Origin: Zootoca vivipara
Lineage: Eukaryota
Direction of reading: 5' to 3'
DNA: 64,000 nucleotides
NCBI RefSeq assembly: GCF_963506605.1
Contig: NC_083277.1
Span: 113,212,001 to 113,276,000 of the forward strand
Shown here: in pieces, positions 12,221-24,186 of the stretch
Numbering within the stretch: the stretch's first letter is position 1
Layout of the letters: the number at the start of each line of letters is the position of its first letter
The notes under the pieces: generated by a model
Database searches by the model: none
What the model saw: the letters and a program-made list of their open reading frames with translations, nothing else
What the model was told of the DNA's origin: nothing
Program-made: the position numbers and the translations under genes

Positions 12221-15200
12221 GTCCCTCTCGCGTCCCTAGTCCAGTCAAGCCGCCTGCATGAGTCTCCCCTGTCCACCACCCCATAAGCGGAACAGAACGC
12301 TTAACAATAATTTCAAATTGTGTTTTGATAATAGCTCCACTGAAGGAGACTTTGTCCCGCTTATTATGCTACTGTGTTTATTGATGATCAAGATGGTGGC
12401 GAGGGGCGGTGGGGGGGGGATGCCCCCTTTTATACATTAACTATAGTGGCAGCCCCTTGGAGCTAATTAAGCTATTAATAGCTTCCCTCCTTCTAAGATA
12501 GAGAGATCTCTCCTGGCATTAAAAACGTTTTCTTTAATGGTGGCTATTTTCGAAATGAATGAGATGTTTCTCCTCTACCTCCACCAACCCCTCCCCTCTT
12601 TTAATCTTCCTCATATTTAGTTAATTTTTATTTTTAATCACGGCAGTTCTCCCTTAAGAATCAATAATTCTCTCTCTCTCTCTCACACACACACACACTC
12701 ACTCACTCACACACACACACTTATTTTCATTCCTGATTTTTCATAGGCAGCAGTTGATGACTCTGAACATTTATGGGGTGTGTCGCCTTATTCCCCCCCC
12801 CACTACAGCCACAAAAACACACGCATTCTGCTTTGGGGGATATACGGTAATTTCTGCCCAACGCATCTATTCATCCGTCTAACTCCCACCCCCACCGCCG
12901 GTTCCCCTTTGTACTTTCCGCGGTACAGAACAGCCCCAGAGCAGGCAAGGGGAAACGCAGAGCGGGTTGCCTTGTCGGTCAGCTCCTGCCTCAGACAACC
13001 ATTAGATTTCCTAATAGCTCTGCCAGGCTTGGGCATTGCTTAAACTCCCATTCCTTAAATTCCCACTCAATGCGGGGAGGAAGGCGCGCGGGGAGGCGGG
13101 AGACAAGGCTTGCTGCAACCGTCAAAGTAAGCCGACAGGAATCTCTCTCCCTCTCAGCCCGTTAAATGATTGACTTGGGAGTAAGTTCCCTTGATATTCC
13201 TGGTACTTATTCCATCGGGGTCCAGGAACCTATTCTCGTTCTGTTCTGCTGGTTTCCTAATTGCATACTTTTTTTAAAAAAATGTCGCGGGGGTGAGGTG
13301 GGGGGTGAGAGAGAGCGGCCGCGAACTGGACGAAGAGACAAATGAGCCACAACAGCAAAGTAGGGTGAGGGGGGGGGGTCAAGACGGTCTAAGCGGCGAG
13401 TTTTGCTACGACAGGCTTTGCTTCATTCGTTTTTATATCGGAGGGGATTAATTTTATGACAAAGGCAACGTTTTCCTGGGCCAGACTCAATTGTCACCAC
13501 GTGGCTTCCCCGTCCCGGCGTTCATGGTCATGGCCGGTGGCAGGAATGCTTTGCCTTTACGAGCTGCAAAGGATGCCGTCTAGTCCTTAAAATGCCTCTG
13601 TGTGTCCCCCGCCCCGCTCATTCTCCGCCCTTGGCAGCCTTTTCTTTAGCTCTGCTTCCTATGGCTGTGCCATCGTTTCTTGTCTTTATTCCGCTTTCCC
13701 CCTGCCCCCCCCAATATCCAGAGTTTTGAGAGGTCCCCCATCCCAGTATCACCCTTTTGGTATACCACCCCTCCCCTTTACAAACTCTAACCTTTGTAAA
13801 ATAAGAGGCAGCCTCTGCCTGTGAGTGGCTTTTAAACTAATAGGTACCCAGTCACAATTATGTGCAATAGATTTGGGGGGGGGGGGTCGTGTGAGAGAGA
13901 CATCCATATATATTTTTTTCTTAAGCCGATAGCGCTGTCATCATCCTTTTTGTCCCAGTTTTCCCAATAATAATAAGAAAGCAGCAGCATTTTACGTCAA
14001 AATAACGACTTTCACCCAACTGAAATGTAATGAGGTGTATTGCATAAATATAGAAGGAAAGCCTTGTATCTGTGCGGTAAAGGAGGAACATGTTCGAGGC
14101 ATCAGACTTATCAGTATTGTACTTGGTTTGCTACCATCGCTTCCTCTTGAAGAGCTGTGACGTGTTACACGCTGGCTGTGTTGGCAAAAGATTGTGTTTT
14201 GGAAGGGGTTGGTGACTGGCTTAGCAGGGTTTTGAGCGTTTACGGGGCAATGTTATAACGCAGCTTTCGCTTTAAATTGTGGCAGGCGACAGACAGAGAG
14301 AAAGAGACGGAGAGACTGTCTTGTTGTTAATATTTTACGTGCTGAGAGCGATTTCTATCTACAGCGAAGAAGTTTTAGGCTCGGAAATACAATACACAAC
14401 CCACCAGCAAGAATCTTGAGTCCTGCGAATAGTCTCCTTGGTGTGTAACTGCACATAACAGGCGATTGTCAGTTGCCACTTCAAGGGGTTTTTTTAAAGG
14501 AAGGGGGGTGATAATTTAAAATTCGAAAATGAAGAAGTTGAAATATATGCAATATTCTCGTTCAGATTGCATTGAAGTACAGTATTATTATTCCGTGTGA
14601 ATTCTGTTCGTCTTGTGTTAGTTCCCGGTGTCTGTGGCTCGGTCCTTCGCTTGTTATTCTCTAGTCTAGTTTCCTGCTGTTGTTAAATATGCATCGTTGG
14701 CAATATAGTCCATATGTAATGTTTCTTACCTCAAGCTATTATATGTAGGGCCTATGCAAATGTCTGTCCATAGCACGTTTCCCCGGCTTTATATAGTCAT
14801 GTAAAAAGTTGTTTCACAATAATAATAATGATGATGATGATGATAATGATAATAATAATAATTTCAATGTATTATTATGTGATTTCTGATAATAAATAAA
14901 ATGTTTCAAACCTCTGGTTGGTGATTTACTATTGACTGTTGGAGGAGCGAGCAACCTTAGTAAAAGAGTAACGCGCGCACAAAAATAAGCCAATGAAACA
15001 TTTGGAGGTACCGGTATATAGATCATGTTTCCCTTAAAAAAATAATTAAGTGGATATATAAAATAGGTTGTAAAGTAAGGGATGCCTCGGAGCACAATGA
15101 TACCTATAATTTAAAAAATAATAATAATCCAAGAAGATAGAGTAAATGAATCTGGGATGTTAACGTTTAATGCGAATATAAGGGGTTTTTTTGGAGGAGG

Positions 15201-16998
15201 GGGTCTCTTGATGGCATCGCTTATAAACAGAATCATTATTGATATTTTGTTGTCTGGGAAAGAGAAGTGTCTATTTCTTTTTGTCCCTTTTCAGGAGCAG
15301 CTGAGGCCAAGACAAAGTTCCCCTGGATTAAAGGAGAAATATATTTATTTATTTTAAATGACATAGATGTTTTTTTAATTAAGATACACTTTAATTTAAA
15401 TCTGCAACTCTTGTAATTTGAACAAAAACCAAACAAATATCCCACCTCCAAAACAAAACACAAAAAACCCACGAGCCTTGCACTCCATCCTCTTCAATAA
15501 GCCCATATTTAATTCCTCCCGTTGGCTTGGTGTTTTATTCTCTCTTCTGAATATCCAGCCAGGTGCCTTTATAGCAGCGATTCCACAGAGTCAATTTAAA
15601 TTTCATGAATTGTGTAGATTGTATGAGTGGTAGGGGATGGGGGTGTATGTATGTATGGGGGGGGGAAGAGAGAGAGACACGGAATCTTCCTCTGGAAAGG
15701 AAGATTTACATGTAATGACTTTATCTACCTTTCAGGTCTTCGGTTCAACCATAAAGTTTAGTGGCGGCTGGAGCAATGCATTAATACACACACCGGCAGG
15801 CGCACGCACGCCAAAAAGCTTTTAAAAGATCAATAAGTGGATTGTGAAGGGGAGGAGGGAAAGACCATCTCCAAAAAGCGGATCAAGAACTGCTCATCCC
15901 CCTGTAGAATCCTTCGCGCCTTCGACTCTTAGTAAGTGGGAATAGGATAGGTGTGAGCGTATGCTAGTCCTTTCTCTACGCTTTCTTCAGTCCTGTTATT
16001 AGAAGAAGACACTTCATTGCAAAGAGGTCCTGTGTTCTTATGGTTTAGCTGCAATAAGGAAAGAAAGCGATTGCGCGAAGGCAATTGTTAGAGATTGGTG
16101 ATGTAGTTTGCTAACTCCTCTCTCCTCCCCCCAACCCGCGACGCCCCCTTCTGAACATACATAATATTGACGCGCCAGAGAGGCTGCTTGGCTTGTGGTG
16201 TGCAGGAGCTGCAATTGACCAAACTACACTCACATACGTATCGGTAGCAGAGACAGATAATGGGGGATGCATTTATTTGTATATTGTGTGTGCATAATAT
16301 TATTTAAAAGGTGAACGTACCAGGTTTGGTCAGCCTCCTCTTATTTGTCGGCAACAGCATCCGATTGAATTCAGCTCTGACCCCATCGCACGCATTTAAA
16401 ATACTGGGTGGAGCCCCGGGTGTGTGTGTGTTTGCGCGCGAGCGCGCGCGAAATTAATAGGAAATCCTTCATAAAGTCCAGGAAGAAATTATAATAGCGG
16501 GCTATGAGCTAAAATTTAATGACACGAATGATATAAAACGTTGCTTCTTTGTTCATAGGGTATAGTGCCTTTGTAGGTCAACATCCTACATTTGGAACTC
16601 GATACAGTTCAGTACATGGGGTGGATATGAGCCCAGAACCTTTTAGGATATAATATCCATTTCAAGGGAAACTATTTCTATGATACATCAAGAGTAATTG
16701 AGATCTATGGGAAGTTGCAAGACAATGGGGCCCTGATCCTTTTAACATTCACTGACTCCTCTAATATTCACACTGTTCCCCTATTCCCCTTAAGAATCCG
16801 GCACAAATCCATTTAAATGCTAATAATGGCGGCTATGGATGTCTCGAGGTATAGATAGGTAACTTGATTCCCCTAGCACAGAAAACTCTACGGTATGTGC
16901 GTTCTTTTCCTTGCAATAGTTCGAGCCTAAGGTACTTACCTGGAAGCAAGTTTCGCTGAGGGCTAGTCCCTGGTACAAATCTCGCTGCGGCCCTTAAG

Positions 16999-17093
16999 AG
17001 CTCAATTCTCTACGTGCCCACTCAGAAGTAAGCCCCATTAAGTTCAATGGAATTACGGTAACTCGTAGGTAAATTTGTCTATCATTACAGCCT
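16999..17093. repeat. Copy of the palindromic interspersed repeat
   Basis: CAATTCTCTACGTGCCCACTCAGAAGTAAGCCCCATTAAGTTCAATGGAATTAC...GTAGGTAAATTTGTCTATCATTACAGCCT. Confidence 0.6.
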
Positions 17094-17229
17094 AGCAGGC
17101 GCTAAGCAAGCTACTAACATGGCAACCTCACCCTGCTCCCTTTCAATAACACTGACCTACCGTACAAGGTTGTTATAGGGATTGAAGAACAATCAAAAGA
17201 GCTAGCAGCAGCAGTAGTAGTAATACCGT

Positions 17230-17305
17230 CTCTATGCACCCTTTACTAGGGAGTAAGCTGCATTCAACTAAGTGGGGCATACTTCTGTGTAAGGACGCAA
17301 AGGAC
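17230..17305. repeat. Copy of the palindromic interspersed repeat (opposite orientation)
   Basis: CTATGCACCCTTTACTAGGGAGTAAGCTGCATTCAACTAAGTGGGGCATACTTCTGTGTAAG. Confidence 0.55.
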
Positions 17306-19983
17306 CTTGGTGAAGCTCCTTAGGACTTTCTTTCAAGTGCATCTGTTTAGGGGTGCCCATCTCACTGAATCACTCCCCACCGTGCTTTCAAGAGCTGTCA
17401 TTCACCACCATTAAAATCAATTGGAGACTTGCCCTTGGCTTCAAAAGGATATAGATTTCACTCACAGGGTTTCTCTTTTCTTTTTTTCACTCTCATTTCT
17501 TCGAAAGAAGTACCCACACAAATATCATCTCTGCCTCTTTTACTGGAGGTGTGCACGGAACGTTGGTTGTCATAAGAGGACTGTTAAGGGCTCCACAGAA
17601 GTGAGTAGGGTTCTGGATCATCTCCAACAAGCCTGGATTGTATATAGAGGCATAAATTGTGTAGAAAATTGTGGATCGGTTCACCTTGAAGAGGGAATGC
17701 TTGGTTCCAAAGACGCTTAAACACTCACCCAAATAGATAAAACTTATTTATTACCAGTGAGTGGCTAGGACAAATTGTTGCTCGCAGTAAAAGTGCGTAT
17801 TGTTCCTCAGCTTGCTTGCTGCTTCTGCTGCTGCTTTTTTTATATAGGGGTGTATTTCATAGCTATGGCTCTAAAATGAATTCATTAAGAAGCGGAAAGT
17901 ATATCCCCATCTCCTGAATTGCAAGGAACAATTCTGCCTTCAAGAGAATTGGGGGGGGGGAACCCAACAACAGACACACACCCAGTTAAGTTGTATTTTC
18001 AGCAGTGTAAATTATTCCAAAATTATGGGAAATATGCAAAAGCGCATTGGCTTGAACCAAAAACAAGTAATACTTTATCCTTATCATTATTATTATTATC
18101 TTACTATAGGTGTTCTCTATACCGAAAGGGTTGTGAGCAAATGTTTTGTGTGTTATTGGGGGAAATAGAGAATTTACCCTCTAGGGTTGAACATATGCAC
18201 ATAACTGTCATTGTTCGGTACAGAAAGATGGTGCAAAGAGTAATTATATATTATAGATCTGAAGCGATCTACACCCCAGTGATGTGTATTGCGTTCTCGC
18301 CAATATCAAGTAAGCTCCACCACAACTACCATCCAATATTCAGGATTAGTTTAACAGGATGTCCTTTTCCTTCTTATTACACCACCAAAAGCATATCACA
18401 TTATGTATAGTTATTCCAATGGAACTTGCTCCCAAGTAGGAAGGCAGCTTTTATGATCCGGGTAACAATGCTAACAAGTATTTGACACATTTCCTTCAAG
18501 TTACCAAGTAGGGAAATGTTAGCATGGATTTAAAAAATAAATAAATGTGCAAGCCAGTGATTAAAGAAATATTTTATTTTAAATTATTAAAACGCCATTG
18601 TCTCGTGCTAATGTGCTAATGTGGAATACTGATTGGCCTGCCTCCGGTTTCTGTCTGTCCATCTTATCCATCTGTCTGTGTCTCTCTCTAATCCCTATAT
18701 CTATCTTATATTTCGGTAAACTTAGCCTCTACAGGGACTGCCACATATCTTCTTCCTGAGAATTCATAATCGGAGCTATTTTGAAGCATATATAAGACAA
18801 TTGCAATACTGTTTCTCGCAGTTTCCCGGACGCATGGGATGTCTTCCCTCTTGACAAATGGTCCCTTGCTTGGGGGTCAGCAAGCCTTGGTCTTGGGCTT
18901 CACGGAGGATCTGTGGCAAAGCTATCTGTCTGTATCTTCCCTTGCCTTGGCTTTCATCCCGTCAACGGCTGCAGCCAAAAATGTTTAGCAAACATTCCCA
19001 TGCTCTTCTGGTATTTTGGAAAGACCCCGCAGACTGAAGAGAAAGCAAAAAGATAACATAACAAATCTCGCCGTGAAGGGCATTAAAAAAAATGAAATCC
19101 AATTATTTAGGGTCATTCGCTCAAGTGTATGACACTAGGCGCCATTTGCCACGTACAAACTGTGTCTATTTTCGAAAAAGGATAGGCTTTGTTATGAATG
19201 CATCTTCTTTTGGGACACCAAATAGCAAAGGGCGATCAGAAGCCTGGGGCCAGGCATCGATAACGAAACGTGTTTCGGGGAAAATAATATCGCCATCATT
19301 ATTAATCTCTCCAACCATTTTAAAAGGGAAGCTTAAAAATGAATATTTACATAATATTATGTAAATATTAATATAACACCCTATATTAATAGCACCCTAG
19401 GTACACTATCATATAGGTGCAATGTGGGAGTAGCAGAGTTCTAAATCAACCCCACAGTTAGTTATACAAACGGGCACGATCTACTCAAAATTAAATGCTC
19501 TTTGAGTTAATCAGGTGTTTAACTCTGATTATCCTACTGTAATCAACAGGACTTTAAAGTGGTTACCTTTTCTTGGATTCTTTATCATGATAATTATAGA
19601 TCCTATCCAGTCAGAGTTAAGCACACTTTGAGCCCCATTGTTTTCCATTTGAGAGGGCTAAAACATCAAAAGAGCTGAAAACCACATCAGAGAGGACTCT
19701 ACTTAGATGTTGTTTAATGAAAGCAACATCTACTTTCCCCTCATTTCTAATTTTATTTCTATACTAGTCCTCAGCCCACACCAGAAGAGATATCCCTGGA
19801 GGGGGTAAATAAATACCTTAACAGCACTGATGTGGGCAAATGCAAACACAGAGGATCAAATCCTTGCCATTGGTATTAAGGAAGTGTATCAGCCCAGGAG
19901 GTGTAACCATCAACTAGCTCCCCTGGCAAGTGGTCTGCCCTGCCCACTTGTTTGGAAATGAGATTGCAATTGAAGCTATGTGC

Positions 19984-20303
19984 CAGGGGTCAGCAACCTT
20001 TTTCAGCCGTAGGCCGGTCCACTGTGCCTCAGACCATGTGGTGGACTATATTCTGGAGAGAGAGAGAAAAGAACGAATTCCTATGCCCCACAAATAACCC
20101 AGAGATGCATTTTAAATAAAAGCACACATTCTACTCATGTAAAAACACCAGGTAGGCTCCACAAATAACCTAGAGATGCATTTTAAATAAAAGGACACAT
20201 TCTACTCATGTAAAAACACGCTGATTCCCGGACCATCCACGGGCCAGATTGCGAAGGCGATTGGGCTGCATCCAGCCCCTGGGGCTTAGGTTGCATACAA
20301 CTG
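19984..20303. mobile_element. Non-autonomous hAT-type DNA transposon (MITE) with an internal 71-bp-period tandem duplication
   Basis: Begins CAGGGGTCAGCAACCT and ends AGGTTGCATACAACTG (degenerate hAT-like TIRs). CCACAAATAACCYAGAGATGCATTTTAAATAAAAGSACACATTCTACTCATGTAAAAACAC occurs twice (~20088-20148 and ~20159-20219). No clean 8-bp TSD is visible. Confidence 0.8.
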
Positions 20304-20496
20304 GATTAGGCAGACAGAGGTCCCTAGAATTCCCTAGAAGCCATGGCCCCAAAACAGTCCTTTCTGAATACACCTGGAGCACTGTAGACATTGTGCAGGG
20401 TTAGCCCTATGCTTGGGCCTTCTTTTGTCATCCCAGTGTGCGATTCTGGTCCTCATTCTCTTCTTCCTCACCCTGAGACTGCAGTCCTATATACAC

Positions 20497-20630
20497 CATG
20501 AATAGTCAACTGTGGTGTCCCGCAGATGTTGGACTCCAACTCCCATCATCCCTGACAATTGGACATGCTGCCTTGGGCTGATAGGCTTTGGCAGTCCACC
20601 ATACCTGGTGGGCACCACGTTGCCTAACCT
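20497..20630. mobile_element. Short palindromic MITE (hAT-like, ~135 bp), apparently nested in an older palindromic repeat
   Basis: The left end TAGTCAACTGTGGTGTCC...CAGATGTTGGACT is the inverted complement of the right end AGTCCA...CTGGTGGGCACCACGTTGCCTA. The core GGACTCCAACTCCCATCATCCCTGAC resembles a common squamate MITE. Confidence 0.7.
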
Positions 20631-22886
20631 CAATGAGGCTCACTTCTGAGTAGGTGTGTATTGGAATGCGCTGTGAGCGAGTCCAATATTTTATTCTCAA
20701 AGTGGAAATCTGCTCAACAAAACCTCGGCTGATACATTATCATCTTACACTGTCCCTAGCGACATTGCACTCTTTTAAGTAACATGTGCCATTATCATCA
20801 ATATGCCAGCGCACCTTTTACTGAGTATTTTCTCCCCCTTTTATATGGGTGGGTTCATAAATACACAATCAAGACAGAGTGGGAATAATTAGCAATGTTT
20901 ACCAACATATGCCACCCACGCCACCTTTGAATCCATCTTACACTCCGGGATTGGGAAATGAAATAGAATACGAGTAATTAGTTTTAAAGCAAATCATTTC
21001 AAATGGAAACTTATAGGTAAAGCCTAATGAACTGCAGAGGGGGTAAAAAAACTAAACCCTGATTTTTATATGACTTGGTTGGTAGCAAGGAGACACAGCA
21101 ATATTTTACTGTTGAGAGAATAAATTAATTAATATGTCTGTAGCAACCAACTGCAGTGGCTTCATGGTTGACTGCATTTAAACGAGATATATGTATCAAG
21201 CCTCGCTGGTGTTGTTAACAAGAGTGATAATAAAGATGAAAAGGATAGGAAAGATACAAAGATGGATACATTTGTATTCCTTGCAGGAGCCATAAGAGTT
21301 TTCTTAGAATTTCTTACAGCCAGGTTTTGTTTCTGTGATATTATGTTAACCAGCAGAGTTGATTAATCAATTAAAGAAAACCACTCACATACCAACAAAC
21401 AAACAACAACATGAGGTTATGTCTACGTGTATCTATTATGACTCCCAATAACCTCAATTTGAAAGGAAATGTGCACACAGTCTAGCTCGAGTTAAGGGCT
21501 ATGGAGTTCTATAGATTTCAGAGAGATGCGCTCCCTCATCCTACCCCTATTTACTTATTCCCACGTAAATGTGTCCGCCTATAACTGCAACCTCAAAGCA
21601 GGTGTTTAAATCTCTCCCACTTGAAAGCGATAAATTTTGCAGCCGGATCCTATCCAGTTTTACTCAGAAGCAAGTTGATGCTTAACTTGGACTGAATCGT
21701 TTTCCTATATTTGGAAACGCTAGGCCTTTCCCATAATTAGGAGTGAAGGTGGCTTAAAAATCTCTCCTTTTATGGCATGCCCCAAAAGTTAGAAATCTCA
21801 TTTGCCTTTCTAGAACCCAAATGAAACCACATTTGCATTTAAGAATCTTTGTTTATGGTTGGCTGGGTCTGAAACAGACAGGCTAAAAATACTTTCCCCC
21901 TTTAATAAAGCAATGTGATGAAGGCCTTGTGGTAGTTGATTGTTGTTATGCAAGCATCCTGGGCTATATCTGAAGATCTTTTAAGAATCACAGCCAACCT
22001 TAATCTTCCCAAGGGGGGAGGGAACCATCTTTGTAGTTGTATCCAAGACTCCCCTGTACCTTCTCCAAAACCAGTGTTCACTGGAGACGAGATGATAATT
22101 AAAGGGCATGTGAAAATTCATCTCATTGTGATGAAAAACTATTAATATATTATGAGGCTGTGTGAAAGAAAGAATCATTAATATCTTTTGTATTATTATA
22201 TGAAATAGGGTGGGGCAGGAGGGAGAATCCTAATAACAAACAGCGAGCGCCTTCCAGGCTCACCATCAAAATCTGTGAGAGCTCTGCCATTTACTTCAGT
22301 TGAGGAGTGAGTTCCACCGAATTGTCCTTTAAAGGTCGCACAATCAGCAAAGTCCTGCTAACCGGCACCCCTTGTGTCCCTCGAGAATTCCTGACTGAGT
22401 GGGGGCAAAATATTTGCGCATTCTGCATGCATTTGCGTGGTAGTGCAACTTTCGGGGCAGCGAGGGGGCCATACAAAGCAGCCATAGGAATAAAGGAATC
22501 AATATTCAAAGGAACAAATCCAGAGCTCTGGATGTAAAATTACAAAGGAGAATGCATGTACTCCGTCTTAGAGGTACAGGCTTTAACACCCACAAACACA
22601 CCTTCCAGTAGCTGCTGCTACTAAAATCAAAGGGAGCGGGCAGCTTTGAAATGAAGGCGACGATTAGCCCGCCAAGACCGGGCAATAAGTGGTTGTGTTG
22701 CCGACAGAGACTCGAACACGTTCACCCTTTTTCATGCTTATGATGAGTCTGATTAGAACGTTGTGTATATCCACGCACGCGCGCACACACAAATAAACAT
22801 ACAAACAAACAAACACTCGCTATGCCAGTTATCTGCGTCAGAATGTAGGGATACAATATCAGCCTATCAATACCTATAGTATTCCT

Positions 22887-23020
22887 AGTTACAGGTAGGT
22901 AGCCGTGTTGGTCTGAGTCGAAGCAAAATAAAAAAATTCCTTCAGTAGCACCTTAAAGACCAACTAAGTTTATATTTTGGTATGAGCTTTCGTGTGCATG
23001 CACACTTCTTCAGATACCAG
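22887..23020 (-). mobile_element. Solo Penelope-like element (PLE) pseudo-LTR fragment with 11-bp target-site duplication
   Basis: Flanked by the direct repeat ATAGTATTCCT (22876-22886 and 23021-23031). The internal sequence GTAGCACCTTAAAGACCAACTAAGTT...TATGAGCTTTCGTGTGCATGCACACTTCTTCAGATAC resembles reptile PLE termini (recognised from memory) and contains a hammerhead motif. Confidence 0.82.
22978..23019 (-). ncRNA. Minimal type I hammerhead ribozyme motif inside the PLE fragment
   Basis: Minus strand reads UGGUAU-CUGAAGA-A-GUGUG(CAUG)CACAC-GAA-AGCU-C-AUACCA. This gives a 6-bp stem I, the CUGANGA and GAAA core boxes, a 5-bp stem II, a palindromic AGCU minimal stem III and a CUC cleavage triplet. 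Confidence 0.8.
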
Positions 23021-23039
23021 ATAGTATTCCTGAAAGGGC

Positions 23040-23105
23040 AGGATCCAGTCAAAGTGAAGCGCTTGTAAGTCCCCTTGTTGTCGATTAAGCACGTGCTTAA
23101 TTTTT
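23040..23105. repeat. Fragment of a second related ancient palindromic repeat family; similar pieces at ~19480-19580, ~19600-19665 and ~21595-21650
   Basis: GGATCCAGTCAAAGTGAAGCGCTTGTAAGTCCCCTTG...TTAAGCACGTGCTTAA resembles ATCCAGTCAGAGTTAAGCACACTTTGAGCCCCATTG at ~19605. Confidence 0.4.
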
Positions 23106-24015
23106 CCTCACTGAAATTAATTGGTTTTTGGTCGTGCCCTTCCTAGATACTCATCTATATAAACGACTGGCGGTATGCAGCGCTGATTTTAAAAGTTCTG
23201 AGTTTGTGAAAGATGCAGTAACTTGGTAGCCATTATTACTCGGTTGGTTTAAAGGGGAGTAAAATTACTTAAATGGAGACATTCGCTTAATACGTGCAGT
23301 GGATCGGGATCCATGACCCGTCTATCGATAGCGCTCCATTACGTCGAGGTAACTGACACGCAAAAATTTATGTTAAATAAATTATATTATATGATCAGGT
23401 ACAGTCTCGATACCGCCCCCGCCCCCGCCCCCCCACAAAACAGCCGCCGCCACCATACAAGGCTGAACTCCCCTCACTGACAATCGAGCGTTTTCCTGGG
23501 CCCAAACACTACATTTCGAAAAGCAAAACTAAACCTATTTTCTGCACTCTGATAAACTTTTTGCCATTGTTGTGATTTGGCTGCTGCGGAAATGGCGAGT
23601 CAGAAGACTCTCGTTGCCTTCCTTAAAAAGGAAAGAAGGAGAAGGGTACACGCGCTTTCTTTTAACACTTTCGATTTCAGATTGCCGTAAACAAAACATT
23701 CTATAGATTTAAATAAAAGCAGAGGCGATTTTCTGAATGACCTCCTGCATTAAAATTAGAGTGAATTCGTAAATCGTCCGTCCTCGTCATCATAATAAAA
23801 AAATGCTGTTTTTTAAAAGAATCTGGACAGAAAAAATCATTAGGAGAAGCGCCAGCCACCCCCCACCCAGTCACCCTCGCTCTACCTCAAGGCCACATTC
23901 AACAACAACAGCTCCGAACGCTGTAATCTATACGAAGCCCAGCGTTGGAGGATCCCCTCTTAACAACCCTTTAATACACCAAACTAAACATCTGGGGAGA
24001 CCTTTGTTGATCTCC

Positions 24016-24186
24016 NNNNNNNNNNNNNNNNNNNNNNNNNNNNNNNNNNNNNNNNNNNNNNNNNNNNNNNNNNNNNNNNNNNNNNNNNNNNNNNNNNNNN
24101 NNNNNNNNNNNNNNNNNNNNNNNNNNNNNNNNNNNNNNNNNNNNNNNNNNNNNNNNNNNNNNNNNNNNNNNNNNNNNNNNNNNNNN
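24016..24186. other. Assembly gap (N run)
   Basis: Run of n. Confidence 1.

Noticed and set aside
20088-20219. Two direct repeats with a short spacer, superficially CRISPR-like
   Set aside because: The DNA is eukaryotic and there are only two ~61-bp units inside a hAT MITE; this is an internal tandem duplication.
19976-20311. 8-bp target-site duplication around the hAT MITE
   Set aside because: The flanks CTATGTGC and GATTAGGC do not match, so no TSD is claimed.
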